From Spizellomyces punctatus DAOM BR117 (lineage: Eukaryota), in NCBI GenBank assembly GCA_000182565.2, contig KQ257461.1: 64,000 nucleotides of DNA. One strand, given 5' to 3'. The notes under the pieces are model-generated. The model made no database searches. It was given only the letters and a program-made list of their open reading frames with translations, and was not told where the DNA came from. Positions 12,253 through 25,434 of the stretch are shown in pieces. Each line of letters begins with the position of its first letter. Position 1 is the first letter of the stretch. The position numbers were made by a program, and so were the translations under genes.

Positions 12253-14146
12253 CTACACTATAGGACATAACATATTCATGAATACCACATTTTCCATGTC
12301 GACGATATCCCTTCCCGCATGTCCACTCGGACATGTCACCGCTTTTTCTCTGGCACCCACATCCAAACTTTCACCAATTGAGTACACATCCCAAACCTTT
12401 GCTCCAAATGCGTCCACAAGGGCCTTCTCCATGACGGTATTGAAGGCCATCACTCGCAGTCTGCTGAAGCGTCGTCTGCTGTCTCCTTCGGTTGTATCCG
12501 CCCTACCACCAAAGTATTGTCCAGGGCGCCATATGATTGGAATGTTGCGCTGGGCATAGGTGGTTTTAAGCAGATCTATAAGGGTCGGGATGGACGCAAC
12601 GTATGAGGCATAGGACCCATAGGCTGCGTCCCAGTTCGTCAGGGATATGACCACAGACGTTGGTGTCTTCTTGGGAATCTGGTCGTAGTTTGGGATGGCA
12701 GAAGGCTGGTGTTCCAAACTCAGAGCTTCCTTCCAGTTTGGACCCCAGTCATTGAGACCTTTCCACAGAAAAACGTAGAGCCAGCTCGAGACGTCTGTGT
12801 GAGGTCCTTGGGTTGGTAGATGAAGGGAGTTGTCAGGGCGACCAGGGTCAAGTCTGGAAAAAGGAGACGCACCAATGTTAGCTATCAGGTACAGACAGGG
12901 AACGTAGAGCGACATGCACCTACCCCTCAATTCCTAAATGCCAGTCAGTACATTGGCAGTTGCTAGACTCTTCATCAAACCATGTTTTACACCATGCTCC
13001 ATCGGTTCCTATAGCCTTGACTGCACGGCGAACGTTCGAGTCGCCAAACAGATGGACGAATGGGTGATGAGGCTCCAAACAATCTTTGCGGAAATCTGGG
13101 TAGGTCTTGGGTACATAACGACATGTGTATGGGAGGTAGGTGTACGAAGTGTACGATTCCATCACCAAATCGGGTGCATTGGGCGACGAGAGTTCGGATG
13201 TCAGGTTCAATGACGTTGTAGGTTTAAGGAAAGGAACTGGCACCCAGCGTCCAGGATTGTTGCCGGTGGTGCAAGGGGGGAGTGACGTGTAGACCTCGTG
13301 GTTAACGGCGGGATGGGTTTGCGGGCTTGTAGTGAAGACGAGAGCGGGGATATAGCGGAGGGATTTGCGGTCTACATAAATAGGGAGGGGGGTTGGGGCC
13401 CAGAAAACGTGTGCAGGTTTTTCGTAATTCCACAGGTAGTCGGTGTCTGGGAATTACCATGCTTTGAGTGACAGTCTCAAGAGGCAAGCAATCGCCATTC
13501 TATACTTACATTCTAATACCACGTCCAATGTAAAAGTGTCCTGATCCTTTAAATCAAGCACCACATTGTACACTCTGTAATCGACACTATGCCTTCCGGA
13601 ACCTTTTACTACAACATGGCTGTTATCCATGTGTACTGGTACCGTAAAGTGTTTGCCAATCGCACGGATTTCCACGCTGTCTGGGGGCCACAGCGGTATG
13701 GGCTCAGGAAGAGAGGACATGTCCGTCCCATTCGTATAGTATGGTGCTTCTACCAAACCGTCACCCCAGTCCACCACAACAAGCCAGGCACACACAGTCG
13801 CCGCTTCAATAACAAGCTCGTCCTGCTGCGCCCAACGCATTCCAGTCATTTCGGGAAAGACAAGAGCCCCTCTTTCTCCGCTTTCAGCAATAGGAGCGAG
13901 TTCCCAAGATTTCGGCAGTCGCCCGCGATCTGCACAAAGTGATTGACCTGTGCTGTGTACCGTCCATGGTCGTTGCCGTACTGTTGGTCGAGTCTTTTGG
14001 GGCTCTGGTCGCGAAGGCCAAATGTCGCGGAATGTGTCTGGTCGATACGAGAGAAACAAGAGGAGACAGAGCTGGACACCCAGTGCTGCGGCGATATAGC
14101 AAAGTCGTCGGTGTAAAATTCGTGTCGTAAACTGCAGTTTACCCAT
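12253..14146 (-). CDS. Type II membrane NXPE/PC-esterase (SGNH-like) protein, 3 exons
   Basis: N-terminal signal-anchor (LCYIAAALGVQLCLLLFLSY), beta-rich Ig-like segment, PGRWV, YTYLPYTCRY, HLFGDSNVRR (GDS motif), LTNWD, C-terminal CPSGH. Confidence 0.6.
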
Positions 14147-14534
14147 GACTGCGCAGCGTTCGCTCAAAAGGAGCTCGCCACAAAGATCGTTATCAACACA
14201 ATGCAAAAATAAACAGAACGTAGGAGATATCTCCAATACTCTGGCTAAAGGAATCCGTTCAAGTTCCTGGCATGTCCCGTTCACGCCTTCCACGCAGTAA
14301 AAGGAAGTGCGCCCCTTCCCCCGCAAGCAAGCTGCTGCAAAAAGGTAAACAAAAACCTCGTTCCAAAAATAAACGGAAACTACTGTTCAACGTCATTTGT
14401 TCATTTACCATTTTTGGGATAATGAATCACACAATAACGTGATATTGTCCCTTCCTCCATCGCTCTTTCCAAAGCAACTACAAGATTACAGATTTGGGCG
14501 GAATTTCCTACTTGGATATACACATACCCCTGCA

Positions 14535-16124
14535 ATGGGCAGCGACTTGGACAGGTGAGGAAAGCCAAGATTGTTTGTCTATGGAGGGCGTTTACTGACT
14601 CGGTTCATGGGTAGACAAATAGAGCAGCTACGGCGGTGTGAGATCATAAGAGAGAGCGAGGTCAAAGAACTCTGCATCAAGGCGCGAGAGATTTTGGTGG
14701 AGGAGAGCAACGTCCAGAGAGTGGACGCGCCAGTTACGGTAGGGATTTGCAATGTTTGGTGATTGCAATATCAGAGAATACAAGTCTGGATCCTCCTTGT
14801 TTATAAAATGTCCGAACGTGGACCCAACCCAACAAGAAGAGAGATCACGCTGTGTTCACCTGCTACAGCATTTCCTGTATATTGATCTCAGATTGAACTA
14901 GATATGCGGGGACATACACGGACAATTTTATGATTTGAAAGAACTATTCAAAGTTGGAGGAGAATGTCCTCAGACAAACTATTTATTTATGGGTAATCCA
15001 ACTGATGGGCTACCGTTTGGAATTTTGGGTTAAAGTCTGATGTGTTACTCCTTGTAGGTGACTTTGTCGACCGAGGGTTTTACAGCGTCGAAACATTCTT
15101 ATTGCTTTTGGCTTTAAAAGTCCGATACCCAGATAGGGTATGTGCCGATTTCCATCACTCATAAAGAAAGTTCCACCAAACTCACATTTTTTTTGCGTGA
15201 TCAGATAACACTCATCCGCGGCAACCATGAAAGCCGACAAATTACCCAAGTATATGGGTTCTATGACGAATGCCTCCGAAAATACGGTTCTGTGAATGTG
15301 TGGCGATATTGTTGCGAAATATTTGATTACCTGAGTCTGTCGGCGATTATCGACGACAAAATTTTTTGTGTGCATGGTGGTCTATCACCTGCTATTAGCA
15401 CACTGGATCAGGTTGGTAATCTTGCCTTGCAGCAAATGATCGTGGCCTCCGTTAACCCGAACCTTTGTTCAAAGATACGAACAATAGATAGGAAGCAGGA
15501 AGTCCCACATGATGGTGCGATGTGTGATCTATTATGGTCTGACCCAGAAGGTATGACTGATCATTTGTCAACGACTGTGTTTACGATCCTGACATTTTCA
15601 TAATAGAAATTGATGGGTGGGGCCTAAGTCCAAGAGGTGCTGGCTATCTCTTTGGAGGTGATATTGTCGACAACGTGAGTTCTCACTGTGCTGTTGGTCA
15701 GGGCGTTGCACTAAATAATAAGCAAACTTGAAATAGTTTGTACACAACAATAACCTCGAGCTAATAGCTCGAGCACATCAATTAGTCATGGAGGGTTATA
15801 AATTAATGTTCAAGAACACGATTGTTACAGTATGGTCGGCGCCAAATTACTGCTATAGGTAAGTCAGATACCTACGCTGACGCTGGTTCAAAGAATATTA
15901 AAACTGAGTTTGGAATCTGGTAGATGTGGGAATGTCGCTGCCATTCTGGAACTAGATGAACTCTTAAATAAGAACTACAAGATTTTTGAGGCGGCGCCGC
16001 AGGTAGGTTGAGAAGCCAGAACCCAATGGCATAGGTCTTGTGCTGATGCAAGGTTGATTTCCCCTGGGGACAGGAGGCACGAGGGATTCCAAGCAGAAAA
16101 CCGGCCCCTGATTACTTCTTGTAG
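14535..16124 (+). CDS. PPH3: Ser/Thr protein phosphatase PP4 catalytic subunit, multi-exon
   Basis: [77 protein letters not shown]-terminus ..PAPDYFL*. Confidence 0.93.
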
Positions 16125-16358
16125 ACAAAGATTATTTTCTTTACTACCTCCCACGTCATTCAACCAGCATCTGGTTTATATGATGTGGTCGTATTTGTTT
16201 GTAATGTACAAACTGACCAGAAGATTGTCTATATTTGTATTTATGTTGTCTGATGCGAGACTAGCAAGATTCGCCGTTACATAATGTCGAAGAACTCAAT
16301 CTCTCCGGAACAGATCTCGAACAAATACTTCAATAAACGGACCAAAGGTATATCTGGA

Positions 16359-17031
16359 TTAAGCTGCAAGCCGGGTTGCTATCCGCCTGTACTGCTCTGT
16401 GGACATGAGCCGCCGTCTCCAAAGTACTACAATACCCGCCACTAACAAAATCATTATATTTACAACCTGTATCGACGTTCACTTAGCGCACAAGATCACA
16501 AACTATCAAGCCTTGAGGCCAATAACTCATACCTCAAACATGAAAAATCGAAACGATTCGATACCAGCCACTAGATCACACTCTCTCCATGTTGGTAAGA
16601 TTGGGTCCTTTCCTGGATCAAGTGGTATTACGTCTTCTGGAGACCACCATATATTCTTGTCATGCTCTTTCGTATCATTGAGGTTGACTGCATCGATTGG
16701 CTTGCAGGCTATCGGCTCCTTGTTTCCTGTAGGTTTACATACATCGAGGGACTAAAAAAAGGAGAATTCGGATATATTAATTAGAAGATAAGCATGGTAT
16801 TATCTTTCAGATGCATGCACAAACTTTTTCTACTGGGGAACACGCCTCGCAAGCGTCTTCCGCATTGCAGGCGTACACAAGTAGAGTGTTGTTGGGAGTT
16901 CTATATAGGAGTTTTTCCTGTGCCGCAGCCGTGGGAAGGATTGCGAGGAGGAGGATAATGGATATGAGGATAAAAGCGGTGGTTGCTCGGCCTTGTCGGC
17001 CTTGGGATCTGGACGGATGGAGTGAGGGCAT
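16359..17031 (-). CDS. JTB (jumping translocation breakpoint)-like single-pass membrane protein, 3 exons
   Basis: Signal peptide; Cys pattern C..CEACSPVEK|SLDVCKPTGNKEPIAC...WREC; FRFFMFE|VVNIMILLVAGIVVLWRRRLM..YRRIATRLAA*, matching the JTB layout. Confidence 0.7.
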
Positions 17032-17195
17032 GCTGAAGGGAAGGAAAGGAGAGCGTCCAAGTTGTCGCCTGCCTCAGCCTAGGTTTTCAAGTGACTATTT
17101 TCTAACGTGACTGCGCATTGAGGATTAGGTCTTCCGGCCGACCAAACTTGGTAGGTGATTGGAGATCTACCTGGTTGCATGCTTTGATCGCAAAA

Positions 17196-18984
17196 ATGGC
17201 TACATCCCAAACTCAAAAGCTCAGTAGGGAGGACTTTAAAAGACAGAAGGTTATTGAGGAACAGCGTAAGGCGTAAGTGCAAAAACTTATGATTTGTTGG
17301 ACTCTTGGCCGTTTCTGAACCCCCAAATTGCAGTGGTACCCTACCTGCCGAAGTCGACCCAGAAACCGGCCGTGACATCAATCCCCACATTCCGCACTAC
17401 ATCTCCCAAGCACCATGGTATCTTGATATCAACCATCCAACACTCAAGCACCAACGGTACCAACCGAAACAAGAGGGATCCATTAATGACTGGTACTCAC
17501 GGGGGGCACGACAAGGACCTGCAGCAACCAAATATCGAAAAGGCGCCTGCGAGAATTGCGGCGCCATAACGCATAAAACAAAGGATTGTGTGGAGAGGCC
17601 GCGAAGGACGGGTGCAAAATGGAGTGGAAGGGATATTCATGCTGATGAGGTTATTCAGGAGGTGTCTCTTGGGTTTGAGGCCAAGCGGGATCGGTGGAAT
17701 GGTTACGATGCGGAGGAACATATACGTTTGGCTGAGGAGTGGGAATTGGTTGAAGAGGAAAGGCGGAAGCTTAGGGAACAGCAAGTAAAAGAGAAGGAAC
17801 GGTTGGAAGCTGAGGGAAATGTTCCAGAGCAGCCAAAGGTGGAAGCGACTGTCGCGAACGACAAAGCGGCAGATTCATCCACCAAAGCCGGGTTGGCAGC
17901 TGCTGGGGACAGTGATGACTCTGACGAAGACGAAGATAAATACGCTGACCGAGCCGACATGCCTGGCCAAAAACTTGACACCAAGACACGCACAACGGTC
18001 CGCAATCTTCGTATTCGAGAGGACACGGCAAAGTACCTTCTCAATCTTGATGTAAATTCCGCATACTACGACCCGAAAACTCGCTCCATGCGCGATAATC
18101 CTCTCAAAGATAAGGATCCCTCTGAACTTACCTACGCTGGTGACAATTTTCTCCGATGGACTGGCGATGCACCCAAATTGGGTCATTTGCAGGCGTTTGC
18201 ATGGGAAGCTGAAGGCCGCGGCAAAAATGTTCACATGCAAGCCAATCCCACGCAAGCCGCCCTCCTTTATAAACAGTACCAAGAAAAGAAGGGGACCGTT
18301 TCGGAAACCCTCAAATCATCCATTCTGGACCGCTACGGCGGAGCCGAACACTTGGCGGCACCACCCAAAGAACTCCTGTTGGCCCAAACAGAGCAATATG
18401 TAGAGTACTCCCAAACTGGACGCGTCATTAAAGGCCAAGAACGAGCGGCAGTCAAATCCAAATACGAGGAGGATTATCATCCTCTCAATCATACCTCCGT
18501 TTGGGGCTCCTGGTGGAAGGATGGACAGTGGGGATATGCTTGTTGTCACAATATGACGCGAAATGCGTATTGTACTGGTCAAGCTGGTATTGAGGCTGCT
18601 GAAGCATCCAGTAAGCTCATAACAGCAGAGGAACCGGTACAAGAGAAACAACCGCAGAGTTTATTGGAACAATATGTCCTCCGCGCCGCTAAAGAAGGGG
18701 GACCCACCGAACGAACACAAACCATTAAACCACGCTCTGAGCGATTGGGTGAAGGTGAGATCAAATTGGATCCAAAGAAGCTGAAACAAGCTGTGGCAGA
18801 GGAGCGAAAACGGAAGATTCTGGAGGAAGAAGAAGATGATAGGAAGAGCAAAGGGAAGAAGAACAAGTACGGGAGTTCGAAAGGGGGTATGGATGTTACG
18901 GAGGAGGAGCTGGAAGCTTATAGATTGAGTAGGACCATGGGGGAGGATCCTATGGCAAATTATGTCGATAAGGAAGAGGATTGA
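17196..18984 (+). CDS. SLU7: Pre-mRNA splicing factor Slu7, 2 exons (intron 17273-17333)
   Basis: SREDFKRQKVIEEQRK|AGTLPAEVD..INPHIPHYISQAPWY; zinc knuckle CENCGAITHKTKDC; RNLRIREDTAKYLLNLD; WGSWWKDGQWGYACCH. Confidence 0.95.
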
Positions 18985-19179
18985 TGTGGTTTGAAGTAAT
19001 AATATAAAGTGAACAACCAGACCCTTGTCTCTGTCTCATGGCTACAAAAGATATGACTTTTCAGGTCACCAAATGTGGACTTTGCAATCAGAGCCAAGAC
19101 TAGTCTGAATTACTGCAATTAATCAACCAAATTCAATAGCCGGACCAGCACTATCTCCAAACACGCGTCGTCCCCCTTT

Positions 19180-20079
19180 TCACCGAGCACTGGATCTCCT
19201 CCGATCAAACCCTCTTTCCTCGTACCTCGGAAGATCCCTCGACTCTGTTCCACTCCGTCTTCCTTCAAACGAACTCTTTGGGCGTCTATACGGATCAAAC
19301 CTCCGCTGGTCACGATCAGAACTAAATCGGTCACCCCTAAATCCGCCAAAACCTTCATCCCTCCCACTCGGTCTCCTAAACGGAACAGCAGATCCGCTCT
19401 CTCTTCTCTCCGGATGCCCAGGCTCCGTAGGTGCAATACTAACTAATACCGCGTCCCCAACCACAAAGCGCAGGTCACTTAGGGTTTTGGTGTCGTCGTA
19501 CGAAGACCGAAAATTGAATACATTGCCTAGAGGAATGCACCGGAATTGGAGGGGACGGGTGGATACGCGGCTTATTGCCCGGAAGCTGATACGGACTTCG
19601 CGGGGTTTCGCGGCAGGGTACGTTGTTTGTAAGAGGGACGCAAGTTCCCGTAGCGTAGCATCTTTCCTGAATGTAAAGTTTAGACTCAGTTGTGACAAAC
19701 ATAATGGTAGAAAGCTACCAACCAGGTGTAAACCAGATGTTCGTCTCTCTCGGGCAAACCATCCCGTTCCAGATCTTCCACACGCAAATCCCCTTTCGTG
19801 CTAACATACATGCGCACCAAAAACGGACACGTCTAAATAAACGTTCACAGAGAGCCCAAATATTAGCGATACAGTTCCCGCACGTTGAAAAACGAAGCAA
19901 CTATCCACCTTCTCCCTATCGACCGTCAATTTCTTTCGTCCTCGGCTCTCCTTTGTTTCCTGCGACTGCTCCTCTCGCTCCTCGCCCCGTTCGAGTTCTT
20001 TGTGACGATGCTCTTCCGTTGCATCGGCCTCGGATTGTTTCTCCATCTCCTCAGTCGGCTTTGAGGCTTCGGTAGTCAT
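19180..20079 (-). CDS. SAP18: SAP18 (Sin3/ASAP complex subunit), 3 exons
   Basis: VDREK|TCPFLVRMY...LVYTW|KDATLRELASLL...DDTKTLSDLRFVVGDAVLVSI; R/G-rich tail. Confidence 0.9.
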
Positions 20080-20270
20080 TGCGCTGACGTAGGTGGATAT
20101 TTTGGATGAGATCTCACGAGAGCAACCCCTTCGATTTTGTGATGCCAACTGATTTTCAACCAAGCCGGTTATTGATTGGAACCGCGTTATTCATTCAATT
20201 TTAATGAGGTGAAATCAACATTCAATGAGCTATTGCGCTAAATAACTAAACGATGCACCACTATAAGCTA

Positions 20271-22182
20271 TCATGCATTGAATGTTCTCACTATCCTTGA
20301 AATACGTTCTGCAAAGTTAAACAGAAATGATTATCTCATTCACTGCTCTACGATCACAATCTGTAGATGCTCACCTCGGCATATAGGACACTCACGCGAA
20401 GTCCTTTCGAGTGCCTTTCCACATTCCATACCTGTGATAAAAACTTTAAATTATAGATCCAACTATCAACAACTGAACAATGGGTAGCTTACATGTAACA
20501 AGATGCCCACATTCCAAGAATACGCAGTTTATGGGTGCATCACAGCATATCTTCATAATGAGAGTCAGAAAAAAGCCAGCTATCGCAATTTTTGAACCTA
20601 AGAGAGCACTCCACCAACCTTACACAACCCATCTTCATCATCTCCACCATTCTTCTCCATCTCGGCCTTTTCGCTGTCCAACAGACGTTTGACCCTGGTC
20701 ACCAGTTCACTCTTTTCCAGGACGTTCCCAAACTCAACTTTATTATTCTTTAGAATCTGCTTCAGGGTTTTGGCCGAAAGACCGGATGGGTCAGTGTTGG
20801 TTTGAAGTAGGGCTTTTAGACTAGGTACTTCTGCTGGCGGCGTGGTTTGGGAGCCGGAAGGCTGAGGTGGTGGTGTGGGGCGTTGTGCGGGATTCTGCTG
20901 TGGATGCTGGGGTGCATTGAAGGGATGTTGTGGCGGTGGGGCGTGGGGGGTTGGAGAAACGAAAGGCGGTATGAATTCCGATCCAGGAAAGTGCGGTATA
21001 GTGCCTGGTGGCACAAAAGGGAATCCAGGTCCGAATGGCTCTGCGGAATTCCACCCTCCACCATTGGGCCGTCCGCTGTTGCGCCCACCTCCAAACATAC
21101 CCTCAAACATGTTTTCAACAGCTTCAACTGCGTTCTGACCCGGATACCTGGAACCATTGTCCTCCCTCCATCGTTCGCTTTCCCTAGCCCACTCCCGCCT
21201 TTCCCGCTCGCGTTCCCTCGCTTCTCGTTCATGTTCGCGCATTCTTCGTTCCCGCTCACGTTCTCTCTGTTCCTGCTCTCTTGCCCGTGCTCGCTCACGC
21301 TGCACCCAGTCTCTCTCTGCTCGTTCCCGCTCACGTTCTCTCCGTTGCTGCTCTCGGGCCTGTGCCCGATTACGATTCCAGTCTCCCTCCGGCCGTTCTC
21401 TCTCCAATCTGGACGGAGCGCTCCCTTCTCTCCTCCGACCTTCCCCAGATGAACCCTGGTCAGCTATTGGGGAGCTCGGCGCGGTACTTCGAAAAGCGCG
21501 CTCTTCCGTCTCGCCCAACTCAGTCCCGGAAATCAACCTTATAAGTTCAGACTTTTCAATCAGGTTTGCGGCATTAAGGTTGTATGCTTTTATGTAGCTT
21601 TGGAGTTGCTTTGTTGGAAGAGATCCTAGCTGTTCACGGGACATGCGGGTCACTGGCGAGGTGAAAACATTGAAGATAGGCATTCCTAAAGCCGGGAGAT
21701 GGGCACACACGTACTTTGTATGAAGGGATAGCAGTACGTGCAAATGGCAACTGGCGTAAAGTACCCAAACTGTGGAAGGGTCAGCCGATTGTCACCCAGG
21801 CATGTTGGACACTTTACTGGAAAGCAGACGAGGACTGTGTCAATGCATGGTCCACCGAGACTTGGGAAGTTTCAGCTTTACCGTTGCCGCAATAATAACA
21901 ATGTCCCTTCCTCTTCCAAAACCCAAACCTTGTTCTACAAAGCAAAATCATTTAGACCAAACGGAAATACTCCAGGGTACCTCACTCTCGACCGCTCCCT
22001 TTCCACTCTGTCAAACGGCAAGGTACCTACCCACAAACACATTGATCAACATCCCCTTTTGGCTTTAACTTTGGTATTGATCGAGTCAAGGGAGCATGTC
22101 CTCTGCCTACAGGGGTAGATCCATTCCTTGAAGACGAGTTCGGGGGCGAGGAGGATGGTCCTAAAGATGGTCCAGCGGACAT
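20271..22182 (-). CDS. RNF34/RFFL (CARP)-like FYVE-like plus RING E3 ligase, multi-exon
   Basis: Spliced FYVE-like RFGFWKRKGHCYYCGN|VKCPTC..AICTYC; two helical LxxKxLxxxL..N...EKSEL repeats; RING CK|ICCDAPINCVFLECGHLVT|CMECG..CPICR|ERISRIVRTFNA*. Confidence 0.8.
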
Positions 22183-22906
22183 GAAGAGTGGTAGCTAGTC
22201 CCTGTGCAGAAGGTGAACGCAGATTTGGGAAAGACCCAGATGGTATATCACGTGACCGTATGGACGATCTTTGGTCGCAGTTGCAATCCTTTGTTTTTAC
22301 TTCCTTTTCCAACCTGGAAATAAATGAAAGACGCTGGTAGTCTCAAGCTGAATTTCTCATTGGCTTAAAAGAGATATACGAGAATCAAGATGGTCGAACA
22401 TCTGTGGATAGCTGCAGAAAATGTACCAACCGTTCCTACGAACTATCCGAACGTCCAGTTAGATTCAGATATAAGTTAGATTTGTTTGAACCTAAAGGTT
22501 TTCTTGGGCTGAGAAAGCCGAGCTAGCAGCTGTAGACCTGTGACATTGTAGGATAGCTTCAAATACTTGAAATACGTATTAGCCGCAAAATGGCACAAGA
22601 TATTATAAATCATGCAAGAAACCAACAGTTGACCATGCATGGAGACCTGCCGTCTCTTCTGCAGCGTGCGCCCAGGGCAAATGTCCCATTCATGCTTTAT
22701 CCAGCATGGGGTTTAAAGATCCATGGGACATAAGCCCCTTGTGCATTGCATTCTCCCAGTATTCACAAAACTCGAAAGGTTAGAGCTCATGTTGATCTAT
22801 TATCGGATATAAGCTAGCAACCTTGACATTATTTTTGTCCACGTACATTAATAAAAATTCGTAGCATAAGACACCGTAGTAAACCCCTTCGTCAGCCATC
22901 TGTATT

Positions 22907-25434
22907 CTAAATCTATATCCATGTATCTCCAAAAACTTTCCACACCCACCCGCATCGACAATTACATGCTTCTTACATGTGGGACTGACCAGCTTGCGGC
23001 AGTCCGGCCCGGTTCAGCTGACCCAAACATACCTGGCCCCGCACCCACAGGTCGATCTCCAGAGTCTGATGACCCAGCACCAGTAGATGAGGCCACGGAC
23101 AATCTATTGGCGCCTGCTGTTCCGCGACGCTCCGAAAAGAACTTTGGATTTTTTGCGACATTCGATAGGGACGAGAGAGACGGGTGAGAGTGGAGTGACA
23201 AGCGTTCAAACGATCCACTGATCGGAATCCGCGATAAGCGGTCGTTGTTCTTGATTGGGATGAGCGGAACCGGTCCTGCACGCCCTTCTATAATTGCGAT
23301 ATTACGATTAGAGCCGCCGTCTCTCCACTTGGATAAGATGCTGACACTTACTGTGTTGTCCAGCTCGAACCATAACATTAATCCAGCTGACCATTGCTAG
23401 TTGTGTATCCGCGGAAAAGTGAATAGTAGGGGCATCACGATGCATTGCCATAAAGGCAAACCGAGCATGTGCAGAATTAGCGTCTGGTAGAATCGTATAG
23501 TTATCACCAATAGGAATATCTGCCACGACATGAGGGTTACTCTGCGCAGAATAAAAGTAGTTAGCATGACATGATCCAGTTTGATTTTCTCCACCTAGTG
23601 CAATTACCTGACCCTTCAAGATGTGCAAGATTCCAGCATTCAAAACACACCATCGCTTCTTCCAGCCCTTCGCATGACCAACTCGAACATGAAGCCACCC
23701 AGCATGATCTGGATTTGGAAACTGGCGATCCAGATCAACAGACTGTGTTTTGCTATGTTTGGATCTACGATGGCCTCGTGTCAAATTTCGTGCTAAGCCA
23801 CGGAAATCCGATCGTGACTTGGCAAGGAAACTATAGCAGGGCGGTCAGATGCTTGTCGTGAGCATATGCAATACGTACCAAAAACGTACTGTAAGAAGTT
23901 GGGTTCGTGTTCCTTTGGAGAAGTCGAGGGAGAAGTCGGCGAAGACGGTGAAGTCGGTGAAGTCGGTGAAGTTGGTGACGTGGGTGACCTTATATCCTCC
24001 AGTGAAGTTTTGCTTTCAGGCTCGGCAGGTTGGCCAACGATTCCACCGACAGACCTGCTCGCTGGGGTATTTTCATGAACCTCCTCGTCCTGTTTCCAGA
24101 TTTCAATACATGTGATAGTGTATGTGCTATTCAAATTGACAATCGTACCGAGTCGGATGATTCAGCTTCTTCCTGTGACAACGGATTTGGGGAAAGAGGA
24201 ATGTCTGTAGTACCAACAGGTGACTCTTCGGGTGACTCTGGGGAGTCACCAGTATCATATAAATAGTCGCTTAGAGTGAAATATGATACTGTCCTCCGCA
24301 GCCGCTCCTCCCTTTCCTGCTCGTCGTCCGGATTATGGACTCGGTACGACCACTTTTGTTCAATGTTCTGAGGAAAGGTCCACATGTGATTGTCAACAGT
24401 CTGCCGCGCACATCATTAACCAGAACATCCAACTTACACCAACTTCATCTTCCTCGGCAAATCCCGAATCCTGGGACGGTACGTTGGATGGGGACTTTTT
24501 AGTGATGCTGGTGCGGACAGACAGTGATTCCTGCGATCTTTTGTCCTCCGGCGCATCCGGTAAGGACTGTGCTGCACGAATTGGCAGTTCCGTTGAGGTA
24601 TTTGCAAAATCCTCCTTCAGTGCCAGAATGGAGTGAAGAATGTTGATACGGTCGCCCAATGATTCGAGACCCAGCTGTCGAAGACTTGACAAGTTGAGTT
24701 CCAAGAGCGTTTCGCCATTCACTTGTTTCTCTGGATGTTGCCGACGAAAGGTAAATCACTCGCGATATACATCATACAACTAAACAAATACCAACCTGTA
24801 AAGATTGACACCGCAAAGGGAAAGCCAGATTCGTCGAGCCACTGTCCAACCTGCTCCACATTCCATGTGATGGGGTGTGACCCTTCGGTGACCGATGGCT
24901 CTTCGACAATTTGATTTGTGTCCGTGTTGACGTATGCGCCTTTTCCAAATTGACCATCTTCATTGGGAACAGGGGGAAGAGGAGTCGAGGGAGCTCTCGC
25001 AGGTTCGTCGTACGACATTTCGTATTGGCTCACATGGATGTGATTCATATTTGCCGAAGAGAGACCCGCCGCTGGTTCGTCCATAACAAAGTTCATCGGA
25101 AAGAGGCCAACCAATCCACGGACGTTCCTTCCCTATAACCATGTCGGTATTGAGCATCACCGTCTGCCCACCAAATGGGAAAAACTCAACATACCCGCCA
25201 CCAGCCGTCATTGTAAAGCTCGTCGCGTTCCAGCACAACAACAGGCTCGGAGGCATTGAAGCTGATCTCGTCCTCTTCCTCCTGTCAAGGGTTTTTTTTT
25301 TATGTGGTGAGCACAGGCGCGTGAGGGCTAGCAGTACTTGTGCCCTGTGTACCTACAGCATTGAAGTTGTGTTTGCCATACACAATAAAAGGCAGGTTTC
25401 TCTCGTAAAAGTTGGGTTGCGTGATCGCAATCAT
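22907..25434 (-). CDS. Boi1/Boi2/Pob1-like SH3-SAM-PH polarity scaffold; stop at 22907 if the last intron is used, otherwise 22962
   Basis: SH3 VYGKHNFNA|EEEDEISF..NDGWWR|GRNVRGLVGLFPMNFV; SAM WNVEQVGQWL..NGETLLELNLSSLRQLGLESLGDR; PH PDHAGWLHVR..WKKRWCVL..MVSWINVM. Confidence 0.85.
23920..23990 (-). repeat. 9-bp coding tandem repeat encoding SPTSPTSPTSPSSPTSPS
   Basis: gaagtcggt/gaagttggt units on the + strand. Confidence 0.7.

Noticed and set aside
17110-17190. Hairpin GGTAGGT..ATCTACC considered as tRNA or snRNA
   Set aside because: No cloverleaf, T-loop or Sm site; it lies in the JTB/SLU7 promoter.
849-20079. Apparent cluster of RNA-processing genes (La, Spen-like, SLU7, SAP18)
   Set aside because: They are interspersed with unrelated genes and belong to a large functional class; there is no evidence of co-regulation without synteny data.
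21170-21400. Repetitive CTCGCGTTC-like DNA considered as a CRISPR or mobile repeat
   Set aside because: It is codon repetition of an RE-rich helix in the RNF34-like CDS; no spacer structure or cas genes.
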